A stretch of 53,186 bases of DNA from Octopus sinensis (taxonomy: Eukaryota): assembly GCF_006345805.1 (NCBI RefSeq), contig NW_021833902.1:1-53186 (forward strand), in the 5' to 3' direction. Below, one piece after another: positions 50,604 through 53,186 of the stretch. Each line of letters opens with the position of its first letter. Positions within the stretch are counted from its first letter, which is position 1. The position numbers were made by a program, and so were the translations under genes. The notes under the pieces were generated by a model, which was not told where the DNA came from, searched no databases, and worked only from the letters and a program-made list of their open reading frames with translations.

Positions 50604-50666
50604 CTCCATCTTTTGCGCCACGAGCACACAGAAACACACATATACATACATATATATATACATATA

Positions 50667-50721
<55 letters not shown>

Positions 50722-50757
50722 CTTATATATATGTATATATATATATATATATATAGA

Positions 50758-50802
<45 letters not shown>

Positions 50803-51449
50803 CTTAGTAATGGCCAACTTTCTATCGTTTTCCGCTTCTCTTCTCTCTCCTCTCTCTCCCTCTCTTCCCCTCTCTCGCCCCTCTTCCTCTCCCACACGAT
50901 TCAATCTCGTCTAAACCACGCCCGCCATTTGATTTCTTCAAATATCCTATTTATATGACAAGCCGGCTCATAGCTGAAATTTTAGATAAAATGATATATT
51001 AGAACGTATGTCAGTTTTCAATGACCTTTGCTCTCCTGCAAAAGTTATTATTCTGTTATCTTCTTCAGAGTCTTCGAGAGATAACAACTAGAGAACTACA
51101 ACCGACCAACTTTCAATTACTAATAACAATTGCACTATCTCCCTTATACACAACGTATTTGTTCTGATGAAGACGAATAGACAGACATAAGCTCAGCCAG
51201 AGCGATTGCATGTATTTATAAACGTAAATTGGATGCAATCAAAACATACAATATAGGCAAATATAATTCATATTTTTCATTACAGTTAAATCATTATGTA
51301 TGAATGAATTTTTCAAAATGAGACAATCACATGTTTTGTGATTAATTGCCCATGTCTTTATGATGATCTATGCAGTATACACATCACACACGCGTGCGGG
51401 CGTGTATATATATATATATGTATATATATACATATATATATATATATGC

Positions 51450-51516
<67 letters not shown>

Positions 51517-51556
51517 CACACACACACATATATATATATGTGTGTATGTGTGTAAA

Positions 51557-51889
51557 GGCGCATGACTCAGTGGTTGGAGCGTCGAGCTTACGATCGTGAG
51601 GTTGTGAGCTCGAATCCCGAACAGGGCTGCCTGTTGTGTTCTTGAGCAAAACACTTTATTTCACGTTGCTCCAGTTCACTCGGCTGTAAAAATGAGTTGC
51701 GATGTCAAAGGTGCCAAACTGCATCGGCCGTTGCCTTTCCCTTGGATAACACTGGTGGCGTGGAAAGGGGAGGCCGGTATCCATGGGTGACTACTGGCCT
51801 TCCATAAACAACCTTGCCCGGACTTGTGCCTGGGAGGGTATCTTTCTAGGTGCAATCGCATGGTCTGTGCCGTGACCGAAGGGGGTCTC
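51557..51889 (+). mobile_element. SINE with the family D head and core but a different tail
   Basis: ggcgcatgactcagtgg...gctcgaatccc...ttcttgagcaaaacactttatttcacgttgctccag, then an unrelated 3' half. Confidence 0.75.
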
Positions 51890-51929
51890 AGAATGTATGT
51901 ATGTATGTATGTATGTATGTATGTATAAA

Positions 51930-52347
51930 TTCTTTTATTCTTTTACTTGTTTTGGTCATTTGACTGCGGCCATGCAGGAGCACCGTCTTTACTCGAACAA
52001 ATCGACGCCAGGACTTATTCTTTGTCAGCTTAGTACTTATCCTGTCGGTCTCTATTGCTTAACCGCTAAGTTACGGGGGACGTAAACACACCAGCATCGG
52101 TTGTCAAGCGATTTGTGGGGGGGGACAAACACAGACACACAAACATATGCATGCACACACATACACATATGTATATATGTATATACGATGGACTTCTTTC
52201 AGTTTCCGTTTACTAAATCCTCTTACAAGGCTTTGGTCAGTCCGAGGTTATAGTAGAAGACACTTGCCGAAGGTGCTACGCAGTGGGACTGAACCCAGAA
52301 CCATGAGGATGGTATGCAAGATACTTATCGCACTGCCACTCCTGCGC
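51930..52347 (-). mobile_element. SINE family A, full length
   Basis: Homology to family A; the reverse complement starts gcgcaggagtggcagtgcg. Confidence 0.85.
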
Positions 52348-53186
52348 ATATATATACATATATGTATACGTGTGTGTATATGTATGTATATATGTATGTG
52401 TATACGCATTAGTGTTTCATTTTGCACGGATATGTACACACTCACAGAGGTACTATATCAGGTGATAGGGAAGACCTTATACTCATTAAGTCAAATGCCT
52501 GTGTGTGTCCACCTGTGCATGTGTGTGCGTGTGCGTGTGTGTGCGTGTGTGTGCGCGTGTGTATGTGTGTGTGTGTGTTCAAGCGTGTGTGTGCATACCT
52601 GTGCTTATATATGCCTATATTCTTATTACAATGATGCTTATGTAAGTATATCTCTATATGTAATCGAACGACTGCATGATTTCTCTCTTTTCGTCCCTCC
52701 TGCCCCCCCCCCCTGAATAGCTGATACTTCCCAACCACTTTTAGGTCAACCATCATTCTCAAGTAATAAAACAAATGTAACTCGCACCATCCGATGCTGA
52801 TATTGTGCCGAGATCATGTGGCAATTTTTTTTCATGTAAAATATGATCCGATATTTCTAAAATCATAAGGTTTATGCAATGCACTTGTACAAGTGAAGGA
52901 GAGTGATTTTGTTCTTCAACCAATTCAGCTTTGACTAAACGAACTTAAAACCAAAGATATTCAGCCATGTTCATCTGGTTTATTTAGGAATTTACATGTC
53001 TAATGTGATATGCTCTGTTTGAGACATTCTGTTTCAGTTGAGAGAAATTTGGCTGTTAGTTTCTAGCAGCTGGTATTTCAATCTCTTTAAGAGATTGAAG
53101 TAATGATCTATAAAGTGCAAGACGGAGAAAGAGAAAGAAAACGTGTAAGAGAGAGGAAGAGAGCGAGAGAGAGAGAGAGGGGGGAG

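Overview
This is AT-rich eukaryotic DNA made up mostly of repeats. The tRNA-derived SINE families and the dense (TA)n, (TCTA)n, (TAA)n and (CA)n arrays point to a coleoid cephalopod, probably Octopus (my inference, not a database match). I can support no intact host protein-coding gene: nearly all listed ORFs are translated microsatellites or decayed transposons. The window holds four tRNA-headed SINE families (about 25 copies, including a dimer and a trimer). It also holds fragments of R4/Dong-like, RTE-like and Tx1/L1-like LINEs, three mariner remnants, a non-autonomous Helitron and a Helentron-type (HINE) element. The main signal is a set of small Penelope-like (PLE) non-autonomous elements carrying hammerhead ribozyme (HHR) motifs. 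Five minimal type I hammerhead motifs from three sequence families are present, one with an intact core and stems. One sits inside a tRNA-promoter SINE-like element (25201-25503). A further motif (2688-2763) has all three hammerhead strands in a reversed, non-circularly-permuted order, inside a 774-bp tandem unit that has splice signals. All structures were read by eye; none was folded computationally or tested.
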